From positions 84,630,001 to 84,694,000 of the forward strand of contig OX597827.1 in assembly GCA_951406725.2 (NCBI GenBank): a stretch of 64,000 bases of DNA. Direction: 5' to 3'. Shown here piece by piece: positions 44,165 through 55,009 of the stretch. Under the pieces are notes generated by a model. The model saw nothing but the letters and a program-made list of their open reading frames with translations. It was not told the DNA's origin and searched no databases. The stretch's first letter is position 1. Each line of letters begins with the position of its first letter. A program made the position numbers and the translations under genes. This stretch comes from Octopus vulgaris. Its lineage: Eukaryota.

Positions 44165-45355
44165 TTTTCCAGATACTCTATCTTCTAATTAGCCTTAAGA
44201 TTAAATTAAATAACGTTTAATATTGATACCGTCAAATTAGCCTTAGGATTAAATTAAATAACGTTTAATATAGTTTAATATTGTTAATAATTATTGTTAA
44301 TTAGCCTTAAGATTAAATTAAATAACGTTTAATATTGTTTTAATATTGTTAATAATTTTTCAGATACTCTATCTTCTAATTAGCCTTAAGATTAAATTAA
44401 ATAACGTTTAATATTAATAACGTCTAATTAGCCTTAGGATTAATTTAAATAACGTTTAATATTGTTAATAATTATTGTTAATTAGCCTTAGGATTAAATT
44501 AAATAACGTTTAATATTGTTTAATATTGTTAATAATTACTGTTAATTAGCCTTAAGATTAAATTAAATAACGTTTAATATTGTCTAATATTGTTAATAAT
44601 TATTGTTAATTAGCCTTAGGATTAAATTAAATAACGTTTAATATTGTTTAATATTGTTAATAATTATTGTTAATTAGCCTTAAGATTAAATTAAATAACG
44701 TTTAATATTGTTTTAATATTGTTAATACTTCTTCAGATACTCTATCTTCTAATTAGCCTTAAGATTAAATTAAATAACGTTTAATATTACCCACACTCTA
44801 ATATAATATTAACATTGCTAATATATTTTCAGATACTCTATCTCCTGATTAGCCTTAAGATTAAATAACGTTTTTATCCACACTCTAATATAATATTAAT
44901 ATTGCTAATATATTTTCAGATACTCTATCTTCTAATTAGCCTTAAGATTAAATTAAATAACGTTTAATATTAATAACGTCTAATTAGCCTTAAGATTAAA
45001 TTAAATAACGGTTAATATTGCTTAATATTGTATATATAATTTTTCAGATACTCTGTCTTCTAATTAGCCTTAAGATTAAATTAAATAACGTTTAATATTA
45101 CCCACACTCTAATATAATATTAATATTGCTAATATATTTTCAGATACTCTATCTCCAAATTAGCCTTAAGATTAAATAACGTTTTTTTACCCACACTCTA
45201 ATATAATATTAATATTGCTAATATATTTTCAGATACTCTATCTCCTAATTAGCCTTAAGATTAAATAACGTTTTTACCCAAATAACGTTTTTACACAAAC
45301 TTTAATATTGTTAATATTTCTTTTTCAAGTACTCTATCTTCTAATTAGCCTTAAT
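44165..45355 (+). repeat. AT-rich tandem array, about 17 copies of aattagcctta(a/g)gattaaa(ttaaa)taacgttt with a few reused linkers
   Basis: Counted by eye; ends ~60 nt before the ORF1 ATG. Confidence 0.92.
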
Positions 45356-45415
45356 ATCTTCCTGTCTTCTCTCGAACATAATTAGATAGATAAACGGATA
45401 GACGGATTATCCAGC

Positions 45416-46327
45416 ATGTCCAGAGCATGGAGACGTGACGAGCTGGATTTATTCGTACGAGCATGGGAGTGCGCCGGCGGAGATAGCCCTAGCGAGGTGA
45501 TTGCGGCTGCGCTGAAGAGCAGAGGCTACAAGAGGACAGCGGCTCAGATGGAGCGAAAGAGACAGGAATTCGTGCGCTCATATGCGCTTGTACGGTCGCA
45601 CATTGGCGCACTTGATGCCATCTTTGAGAACGAGCGGGGCAAAGATGGCAAGAATGGAGACGATGAAAGAAGTCACCCCCACCTGGTGGACGCCCAGGAG
45701 GAGGTTTTGAATGAGAAACCTGCCCGGGAAGTGAACCCAGGTGCAAGTTCTCCAACCGGCAGCAAGGGCCATGGAGACGGAGAACCCGGTGAAGAGGTAG
45801 AGGGAGGAAGAAGAACTAAAAGAAGGACTGGAAGAGCTAAAGGAAAAGAAAAAGCTCAAGCAGGACCAAAGAGTGAAACAACCAGGAGTAGAAGTGGAAC
45901 CGCAAAGGATGGAACCAAACAGCGCACACGGGTGTGTATGTTCTACCTGAGAGGTTCCTGCTGGCACGGAAAGGAAGGTGCAGGCTGCCGCTTTGCACAT
46001 CGGGGACCCTGCCACAGAGACACGAGGCAGATGGACAAACCATCAACACAAAGAAAAGGGATGGACTACGCACCACCTGCCCCAAAGCGGAGGTACGCAG
46101 ATGTTGTGCGCGCCACAAACAGCCAACATGATGTTGTCGAAAGAGCAGTTGCTGAGCAACAATCTTTTTTGTGCATGGCACAAAAGATTGTACAGCAGCT
46201 GACCTGGCTTCATCAAACCCAAGCCCGCAGGTGGGACTACCCACTATATACCAGACCACCACAGCAAACAGACACAGGATGGACACCGCCGGCAACAACG
46301 TACACCTCACCTCGATACTCCTACTGA
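45416..46327 (+). CDS. LINE ORF1 protein (303 aa): Myb/SANT-like N-terminus, basic linker, CCCH zinc finger
   Basis: W..DE..LFVRAW...IAAALKSRGYKRTAAQ..RK......Y resembles trihelix/Myb-SANT-like domains; C-x7-C-x8-C-x3-H at ~45935-46000; intact ORF overlapping the ORF2 start. Confidence 0.85.
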   Translation: MSRAWRRDELDLFVRAWECAGGDSPSEVIAAALKSRGYKRTAAQMERKRQEFVRSYALVRSHIGALDAIFENERGKDGKNGDDERSHPHLVDAQEEVLNEKPAREVNPGASSPTGSKGHGDGEPGEEVEGGRRTKRRTGRAKGKEKAQAGPKSETTRSRSGTAKDGTKQRTRVCMFYLRGSCWHGKEGAGCRFAHRGPCHRDTRQMDKPSTQRKGMDYAPPAPKRRYADVVRATNSQHDVVERAVAEQQSFLCMAQKIVQQLTWLHQTQARRWDYPLYTRPPQQTDTGWTPPATTYTSPRYSY

Positions 46328-47058
46328 ACATCAGAGGACTGCAAACACTCAGTAACAGGACAAAGATCCCGTTCCTGAGAGACTTTGTTGCATGCAATCA
46401 AGCCTTATGCATAGCACTTACAGAAACGCACCTGAAACCGGACATAGCAGATGCGGAGTTACACATACCACAGTATGCTGTACTACGGACCGACAGGAAA
46501 GAAAGGAGTCATGGAGGTGTTGCTATGTACATCCGTGAGGACCTCACACCCCAGGTCCTCTTGTCATACTCAAACTCGGTGTGTGACACACTAATTGTAC
46601 ATATTAGGCAACTTGATGTAGTTGTGTGTGCTACATATCGCCCTCCAGATGCCCCAAGCCATGTGGGCAAGTTCGAAGACTGCCTTATAAAAATAGAAGA
46701 AATTCTAACCACATTAGAACAACACATAGGTGTGCTTCTTATGGGAGACTTCAATCTGCCCAATGTCAGATGGCCCGAGGGCCTTTCTCTCCCAGGAATG
46801 ACAAGATGTGAACGAGGACAGGCGAGGTCCCTCCTGAACCTCATCAACACCCTGTACATGGAGCAGGTAATACTCCAACCAACCAGGGCAGGTAACACAC
46901 TGGATCTCTGCTTCACAAATGACATGGATCTCATCCATAATGTGGAAGTGACACCGACACTACTCTCGGATCACAACATGATAGAGCTGACAATGTACGG
47001 GCCAAAAGAGAGCACGGACATGCAGCCTACAAGAAACCTCAAAATCTTTCCAGCTTGA
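46279..47058 (+). CDS. LINE ORF2, apurinic-like endonuclease part (ATG at 46279; frameshift near 47037)
   Basis: LLNIRGL, LTETHL, GGVAMYI, YRPP, GDFN, PTR..NTLDL, SDHN motifs. Confidence 0.92.
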   Translation: MDTAGNNVHLTSILLLNIRGLQTLSNRTKIPFLRDFVACNQALCIALTETHLKPDIADAELHIPQYAVLRTDRKERSHGGVAMYIREDLTPQVLLSYSNSVCDTLIVHIRQLDVVVCATYRPPDAPSHVGKFEDCLIKIEEILTTLEQHIGVLLMGDFNLPNVRWPEGLSLPGMTRCERGQARSLLNLINTLYMEQVILQPTRAGNTLDLCFTNDMDLIHNVEVTPTLLSDHNMIELTMYGPKESTDMQPTRNLKIFPA

Positions 47059-49274
47059 ACTACCATAAGGCAAACTGGAAACAAATTGAGAAAGAGATCC
47101 TCAAACAAAACTGGCCTGAATGTCTCTCCTCGCCAGACATCGACGTGAAACTTCAACAATTCATGTCTGTAATGCAAGCCATATGCTACAAATGTGTCCC
47201 AGAGAGAAAGGCCACTGTACACAAGAACAAAATCCCCAGAGAGAGGAAAATTTTAATGAGACGGCGTACGAAATTTTCAAATCGCCTAAACAAACAGATT
47301 GAAAGCAGTGAAAAGTCCCGCCTAAAAATAAAACTGTTGGAAATCGAAAAATGTCTGCAACTCTCCCATGAAAAAGAAAGAGCAGACAAAGAAGCCTGGG
47401 CTATAGAAAACATAAAATCTAACCCCAGAGCTTTCTACAGGTATGCCAAAGAAACAGCTACAGTGCACTGTAGAATAGGGCCACTCCTCGAAAAGGATGG
47501 CACACTTACAGGAAAACCAATGAGGGTAAGTGAAATACTGAATGAGCAATTCAAGAGTGTTTTCACTCCACCCCTTGGGCATCTCCAAATCACCAATCCA
47601 ACTGACTTTTTTACCACTGCAGATATAAAATCAGAGGCGGCGACGATAGATTACATCGATATAAAGGAAGACGATGTAACCAAGGCTATAGATGAAATGA
47701 AAACAGACTCAGCTACTGGCCCCGATGGATTCCCGGCAATCCTCCTAAAAGCATGTAAGAGAGTCCTAGCAAGACCACTGCAGTTCCTCTTTCAGAGCTT
47801 CCTTGCAGCTGGCAAACTTCCAGGAAAACTGAAGGAAGGTAAAATATGCCCCATTCATAAAGGAGGTAGCAGAGCGGAAGCCAAGAACTATAGACCTATC
47901 TCTCTGACCTCACACATCAGCAAGGTCATGGAACGAATAGTCAGAAGGAAGCTGATCACCTTCCTTGAAGAGAATGACTTGCTGCCCGACACCCAACATG
48001 GTTTCCGACCAGGGAGAAGCTGTTTAACTCAGCTCCTACAACACTATGACTGGGTGCTGAAACGGCTGCTCAACCACTCAAATGTGGAAGTGATATATCT
48101 CGACTTTGCAAAGGCCTTTGATAAAGTCGATCATGGAATGATATGTCACAAACTGCGTGATCTCAACATAGTTGGAAAACTGGGAGAATGGCTTCATGAC
48201 TTTCTGAAGGATAGAAGTCAGGTGGTAGTAGCCAATGGGGCCACCTCCATTAACACACAAATAGTGAGCGGTGTTCCGCAGGGCACTGTTCTGGGACCAC
48301 TACTGTTCATAATGGCCCTCTCAGACATGCCCTCAGCCACGCAGAGAGCCACGATCACAAGTTATGCAGATGATACAAAAGTTTCACAGGCAATACAGAA
48401 CCCTGAGGACACTAAACACCTGCAATGTGAGCTGGACGAAATATACAAGTGGGCTGAAAAGAATAGCATGCAGTTCAATGCTGGAAAGTTTCAAGCTTTA
48501 TACTATCAGCATGCAAAACTGAATGCAATACCCAATGAATACACTGGACCCGGAGGGATTGCAATCCCAGAGGCACAATCAGTGCGTGACCTGGGTATTC
48601 ACATGAGTGATGACGCGACCTTTCATGTACATGTTGCTAAACTGACAATGAAATGTAGACGGCTGGCTGGATGGATTCTTAGAACCTTTAGAACAAGAGA
48701 ACAAGAAACCATGATGGTCCTCTGGAAGACACTTGTCCTAAGCCACTTTGACTATTGCTCTCAGCTATGGTCACCATCCAGTGTCAAGTTGATCACAGAA
48801 CTTGAGGCGATCCAACGAAGCTACACAAAGAAGATAGCCTCTATGCAGAATGTAAGCTACTGGGAAAGACTCAAGAGATTAAAATTATATTCCCTGGAGC
48901 GTAGGCGGGAAAGATATGCCATAATATACATCTGGAAGATCCTGGAGGGAAGTGTCCTGAACTTTGGCATCGAGAGTTACGCAAATGCCAGAACTGGGCG
49001 CCACTGCGTGGTGCCTAGGACTCCAAACCTGCCATCAAGATGTAGGACAAGATTCTGTGATAGCCTGGGCTTCCGAGGCCCACAGCTCTTCAATATCCTC
49101 CCGAAGAACCTGAGAGACCTGCATGGGGTGGATACAGATGTCTTTAAAATGAAGCTGGATCTCTTCCTGTCAGGTGTCCCAGATGAACCAACTTCACGGC
49201 AGGAGGGGCAGATGAGGGCAGCTGCATCGAACTCTCTCATGCACCAAATAGCAGTTGCTAGAAAGCCTCCATGA
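47055..49274 (+). CDS. LINE ORF2, reverse transcriptase and C-terminal part
   Basis: GPDG, NYRPISLTS, QHGFR, YLDFAKAFD, SGVPQGTVLGP, YADD, VRDLG; open for 739 aa. Confidence 0.95.
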   Translation: MNYHKANWKQIEKEILKQNWPECLSSPDIDVKLQQFMSVMQAICYKCVPERKATVHKNKIPRERKILMRRRTKFSNRLNKQIESSEKSRLKIKLLEIEKCLQLSHEKERADKEAWAIENIKSNPRAFYRYAKETATVHCRIGPLLEKDGTLTGKPMRVSEILNEQFKSVFTPPLGHLQITNPTDFFTTADIKSEAATIDYIDIKEDDVTKAIDEMKTDSATGPDGFPAILLKACKRVLARPLQFLFQSFLAAGKLPGKLKEGKICPIHKGGSRAEAKNYRPISLTSHISKVMERIVRRKLITFLEENDLLPDTQHGFRPGRSCLTQLLQHYDWVLKRLLNHSNVEVIYLDFAKAFDKVDHGMICHKLRDLNIVGKLGEWLHDFLKDRSQVVVANGATSINTQIVSGVPQGTVLGPLLFIMALSDMPSATQRATITSYADDTKVSQAIQNPEDTKHLQCELDEIYKWAEKNSMQFNAGKFQALYYQHAKLNAIPNEYTGPGGIAIPEAQSVRDLGIHMSDDATFHVHVAKLTMKCRRLAGWILRTFRTREQETMMVLWKTLVLSHFDYCSQLWSPSSVKLITELEAIQRSYTKKIASMQNVSYWERLKRLKLYSLERRRERYAIIYIWKILEGSVLNFGIESYANARTGRHCVVPRTPNLPSRCRTRFCDSLGFRGPQLFNILPKNLRDLHGVDTDVFKMKLDLFLSGVPDEPTSRQEGQMRAAASNSLMHQIAVARKPP

Positions 49275-49382
49275 AGTGAAACCAAGTAGCAACACCAAAT
49301 GGCGGTGCCCCAGCATGGCCACAGCTCATAAGCTGAAACTAGAATCAATCAATCAATCAATCAATCATATATATATATATAT

Positions 49383-49420
<38 letters not shown>

Positions 49421-49421
<1 letters not shown>

Positions 49422-50115
49422 GGCTAGCTGGAGGGAGCTGCATCGAACTTCTCATGAACAAGAGAGAAGGAGATACTGATGGTCCTATGGAAAACATTCG
49501 TCCTCAGCCGCTTGGACTACTGCTCCCAACTTTGGTCACCACACAATATAAAACAAACAGCAGAACTCAAAGCAACTCAGAGAAGCTACACAAAGAAAAT
49601 CGTCTCAATGCAAAATGTCAGCTACTGGGAAAGACTGAAGGTATTAAACCTCTTCTCCCTGGAGCGGAGGCGGGAGAGATATGCAGTGATATACATCTGG
49701 AAAATCCTGGAGGGTCTTGTCCCAAACTTTGGCATTCAAAGTTACTCCAACCGCAGAATGGGCGCCGCTGCATGGTGCCAAGGATTCCAACATCACCATC
49801 AAAATACAGGTCCAGATACTACAACAGCTTGGGTTTCAGAGGACCACAGCTCTTTAACATCCTCCCTAAATGCCTGAGAGACTTACATGGTGTGGATGTG
49901 GGTTTCTTTAAAACTAAACTGGATCTCTTCTTGTTGGGAGTCCCAGATGAACATACCTCACGAAAGGAGACACGGATGCGGGCAGCAGCATCGAACTCCC
50001 TTGTTGATCAAGTGCCACGTATCAGAGGTGGATTCACAAACTAGTGTAGCTCATTCAGCGGTGGTGCCCCAGCATGGCCGCGGCCTTCGGGCTAAAACAT
50101 TTTTAAGGATTTAAG

Positions 50116-50118
<3 letters not shown>
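49421..50118 (+). mobile_element. 5'-truncated LINE, related subfamily, (TTTAAGGA)n tail
   Basis: [19 protein letters not shown]...[12 protein letters not shown]...RAAASNSL; 3' motif ggtggtgccccagcatggccgcggccttcgggctaaaac; (TA)n on both sides. Confidence 0.92.
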
Positions 50119-50146
<28 letters not shown>

Positions 50147-50205
50147 GTTTATATATATATGTATATATATGTATATATATATATATATGTATATATATGT
50201 ATATA

Positions 50206-50266
<61 letters not shown>

Positions 50267-50361
50267 GTATATATATATATATGTATATATATGTATATAT
50301 ATATATATGTATATATATGTATATATATATATATGTATATATATGTATATATATATATATG

Positions 50362-50408
<47 letters not shown>

Positions 50409-50477
50409 GTATATATATATATGTATATGTATATATATATGTATATGTATGTATATATGTATATGTATATATATATG

Positions 50478-50522
<45 letters not shown>

Positions 50523-50646
50523 GTATGTATATATACATATATATATATATATTATATATATGTATATATATATATGTATATATATATGTATATATATATG
50601 TATGTATATATATATGTATATATATATGTATGTATATATATATATG

Positions 50647-50699
<53 letters not shown>

Positions 50700-50732
50700 A
50701 TATATATATGTATGTATATATATATATGTATG

Positions 50733-50763
<31 letters not shown>

Positions 50764-50829
50764 GTATATATATATATGTATGTATATATATATATGTATG
50801 TATATATATATATGTATGTATGTATATAT
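50119..50829. repeat. (TA)n array
   Basis: Directly visible. Confidence 0.95.
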
Positions 50830-51722
50830 GATTGATTCATTGATTGATTCTAGTTTCAGCTCATGAGCTGTGGCCATGCTGGGGCACCGCCATTTGGTGT
50901 TGCTACTTGGTTTTACTTCACGAAAGCTTTTTAGCAACTCCCATTTGGTGCATGAGAGAGTTCGATGCAGCTGCCCTCATCTGCACCTCCTGCCGTGAAG
51001 TTGGTTCATCTGGGACACCTGACAGGAAGAGATCCAGTCCTGCTTTAAAGACATCCGCATCTACACCATGTAGGTCCCTCAGGTTCTTCGGGAGGATATT
51101 GAAGAGCCGTGGGCCTCTGAAGCCCAGGCTATCACAATATCTTGTCCTACATCTTGATGGCAGATTTGAAGTCCTTGGTACTACGCAGTGGCGTCCGGTT
51201 CTGGCATTTGTGTGACTCTCGATGCCAAAGTCTGGGACAAGACCCTCCAGGATCTTCCAGGTATATATTATGGCATATCTTTCCCGCCTACGCTCCAGGG
51301 AATAGAGCTTTAATCTCTTGAGTCTCTGCCAGTAGCTCATATGCTGCACAGAGGCTATCTTCTTCGTGTAGCTTCGTTGGACGCCTCAAGTTCTGTGATC
51401 AACTTGACACTGGATGGTGACCATAGCTGAGAGCAATAGTCAAAGTGGCTGAGGACAAGTGTCTTCCAGAGGACCATCATGGTTTCTTGTTCTCTTGTTC
51501 TAAAGGTTCTAAGAATCCATCCAGCCAGCCGTCTACATTTCATTGTCAGTTTAGCAACATGTACATGAAAGGTCGCGTCATCACTCATGTGAATACGCAG
51601 GTCACGCACTGATTGTGCCTCTGGGATTGCAATCCCTCCGGGTCCAGTGTATTCATTGGGTATTGCATTCAGTTTTGCATGCTGATAGTATAAAGCTTGA
51701 AACTTTTCAGCATTGAACTGCT
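50830..51722 (-). mobile_element. 5'-truncated LINE copy, mosaic, (AATC)n tail
   Basis: Colinear with ~48470-49366; one 1-nt deletion near 51381; (TA)n on both sides. Confidence 0.93.
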
Positions 51723-51780
<58 letters not shown>

Positions 51781-51819
51781 ATATGTGTATATATATATAT
51801 ATGTGTATATATATATATG

Positions 51820-51866
<47 letters not shown>

Positions 51867-51883
51867 GTATATGTATATATATG

Positions 51884-51959
<76 letters not shown>

Positions 51960-52003
51960 GTATATATATATATGTATATATATGTATATGTATATATATA
52001 TAT

Positions 52004-52730
52004 AGTATGACTACAAAATTAGAGAATGGAGAAACATACTTAAATCAATAAAACATCAACTATCCGATGATACTCAATCCATACTTTAATACACCATTAC
52101 ATAGGAGTAAAGGCAATATATAAAATGAAATGAGATATACAGTAATAGTAAAAGTAAAAGTAAAAGTAAAAAGATAAAGAGATATAAGTAAAAAATTATA
52201 AATACAATATGCAAATAAATCAAAACTGACAGCTGTTTCGGCAGTGAGGACAGTCATACCTCATTTAACCTATAAGCCATAAAGGCAGGTATAAATGAGG
52301 CATTAACAAAGATGCCCCACGGCCTCTTCAGAGAATTAAATTAAATTTGTTATAATAGTGAAAAATATTATATAATCATATACATATAAATATAAAAATA
52401 TAAAAAAGTAAAATATAAAAACTTATACATCATAATGCTACACTTGTATAATATAATACATATTTGTACAAAAAGGAAGGTAACCAGAACAAAATAAAAC
52501 AAAATATATAACAGTGTATATATAATATTAATAAGTACCGATATCATACATATTTAGCTAATAGTTTTTTTTATAAAAAAAGGGGGCTAACACATATGGA
52601 GATGAAAAATAATAATAATTAAATCCGTGGTACAGTTCATAAAATTCTAAAGCTATAAAAGTTAATAAAAATTACTATTAATAATAATAATAATAATAAA
52701 AATAATAATAGTAATAATAATAAAAAATAA
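52004..52730 (-). mobile_element. AT-rich Penelope-like pLTR remnant between (TA)n arrays
   Basis: Carries a hammerhead motif at 52224-52335; no ORF. Confidence 0.55.
52224..52335 (-). ncRNA. Hammerhead ribozyme motif with ~90-nt stem II
   Basis: Minus strand ct-CTGAAGA-ggc...gcc-GAAA-CAGCTG-TC-ag; intact core, palindromic stem III, GUC site. Confidence 0.7.
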
Positions 52731-52872
52731 TATATATGTATGTATATGTATGTATATATATATGTATATGTATATATATATATATGTATATGTATATATA
52801 TGTATATGTATATATATGTATATGTATATATATATGTATGTATATGTATGTATATATATATATATATGTATG

Positions 52873-52927
<55 letters not shown>

Positions 52928-53861
52928 GTATGTATATGTAATCACGTACACATTTGCATGCATGTATTCATCCATCCATCCATCCATATGTATATCATTG
53001 TGAAACTTCTAGAATAGTATCTTAGATGAAACTTTGTGTGTGTGCGCGCGCGCGTATCCTGCGTAAGCTGTTCACGTGCACGTAGATTCGTTTAAGCATG
53101 CGTACATGTATTGTGTTAGATAATGTAAATATATGTATCTGTATACATCACACACACAGAGTTGTAGATGCTTCTACATATACTCTGTAGATGTTTCAAT
53201 ACCATTTTAAATATATAATGTATAGGTTTTAAAATTGAAATATCCAACTGTTCTCTTCTTTTACTGATATCTGAGGCGCCATTTCTTGTTCGTTAGAATT
53301 TTCGATTTAATTATAAACGGGAGCGAAAAAAAAATGGACATTTAATGAACTACTAATTTTGTATGTCAACAACGCTTCTTTTACTTATTGAAAAGTCGAT
53401 TAATATTTATTACTTGTCGTTTGGTGGCGCCACAATATGAAGTATGGCGTTATGTGGTTATATCGATATTTTACAGATCCACTTTCTAATATGCCATACA
53501 TTAGTGTCATATTTTATCATACAGAACTGCTGGTCGTTGAGACAGAGTTATAATGATGCTGACGAATAACCACCCCGCCGCCACCGAATCAACAACACTT
53601 CTAAAGCCACCCCTCATGCCACCCCTCATGCCACCTTCACTCTACAACAATAACCACTATAGACACCAATAAAAGCACGACAGACACAAGTATACTACGA
53701 AAGACAAACTAGTAAACTATTACTAGTTTATTTGTCTTTTGCCTTCTCGCCTTATGCTCTATTGAATACTTGATGTGGTTTTACAATCAGGTTTTGACTG
53801 CTATTTCAAGCATGGTGGTATCTCTTAGATACCCTTATTTATATTATATATATATATATGA

Positions 53862-54226
53862 ACTTAGATATGTTTCGACCAAAGATTGGTCCAGGCCATG
53901 TCTAACTTAATAGCACTTAATAACCTAATAGGATTATCTAAATCCTTTTTAAGTCAAGTTTTGTGGTATCATGTCCCATTCAAGTAGAGAGTTCTTGTTG
54001 AGTAAGTTGTATCCAGGTATGAATGTCTTGTCTGGTATTCCCTGAAGAAATCTCTCCAGACCCCGTTTAAAGGCGATGGATCATTTTCCTCTTTGATCAG
54101 TTTTGAGACAATTTTAAACAGGGCAGGGCCTGTTGAGGAAAATAAATTATGTCGCAGTGTACCTATATGTTGTGATCCTGAATTGGGCAGGGAATGTATG
54201 GCCCGTGGTCCCAGCCTTGGATGAAC

Positions 54227-54229
<3 letters not shown>
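53862..54229 (-). mobile_element. Diverged 3' fragment of the 34053-35931 LINE family
   Basis: KVHPRLGPRAI...RHNLFSSTGPALF; tail gtgctattaagttagacatggcctggaccaatctttggtcgaaac; TA runs on both sides. Confidence 0.85.
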
Positions 54230-54278
<49 letters not shown>

Positions 54279-54449
54279 TTCCGCACTAAGGCACGGGTTT
54301 GAGACCCCATAGTCGTAAGCTCAACCGTGATTTTTCTGTTGTGATTTTTGCTACCCAGGTATCGGTTATCTTTTGAATAATCCGTAACAAGATAATTCAT
54401 TTATCCACTTCAATATGTATATATATATATGCATATATATTATAAATAA

Positions 54450-54500
<51 letters not shown>

Positions 54501-54508
54501 ATAAGGAT

Positions 54509-54573
<65 letters not shown>

Positions 54574-54596
54574 AACATATACATATATATAATGTA

Positions 54597-54870
54597 GGCA
54601 CAGGAGTGTTGTGTGGTAAGACGCTTGCTTACCAACCACATGGGCAAGTGTCTCCTACTATAGCCTCATGCTGACCAAAACCTTGTGAGTGGATTTGGTA
54701 GACGGAAGCTGAAAGAAGCCCTTCGTATATAGGTATTTGTTTGTGTGTCTGTGTTTGTCCCCCCATCATCGCTTGACAACCAATGTTGGTGAGTTTACGT
54801 CGCTGTAACTTAGCGGTTCGGCAAAAGAGGTCGAGCGAATAAGTACTAGGCTTACAAAGAATAAGTCCAT
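54597..54870 (+). mobile_element. SINE family A (internal deletion, tail missing)
   Basis: ggcacaggagtgttgtgtggtaag head and shared body. Confidence 0.85.
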
Positions 54871-55009
54871 GCTTCAGGCCTCTTCCTTATCTCTACCTTT
54901 CTTAATCACTTCAGGACAGCCAACTAAAAGCCTTTCTTAGTCGTTCCAAGGAACAAACTCAAGATGATGCCTTTCCAATCTAAAAGACGAATCCCAACGT
55001 CTTTCAGCG

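Larger units (their letters stand above)
43703..49366 (+). mobile_element. Apparently full-length APE-RT LINE (CR1-group or Proto2-like; clade not resolved) inside (TA)n
   Basis: Unique leader, tandem array, ORF1, overlapping ORF2, short 3' UTR with stem-loop and (AATC)n tail. The 5' boundary is inferred from the end of the (TA)n. Confidence 0.85.

Noticed and set aside
44165-45355. CRISPR-like repeat-spacer appearance
   Set aside because: Linkers are reused and related to each other, the context is eukaryotic, and there are no cas genes.
47030-47060. Programmed ribosomal frameshift in ORF2
   Set aside because: The related copy near 22700 is in frame across this site.
49321-49340. Hammerhead ribozyme at the LINE 3' end (hairpin + GAAAC)
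   Set aside because: No CUGANGA core upstream; better explained as an RT-recognition stem-loop.
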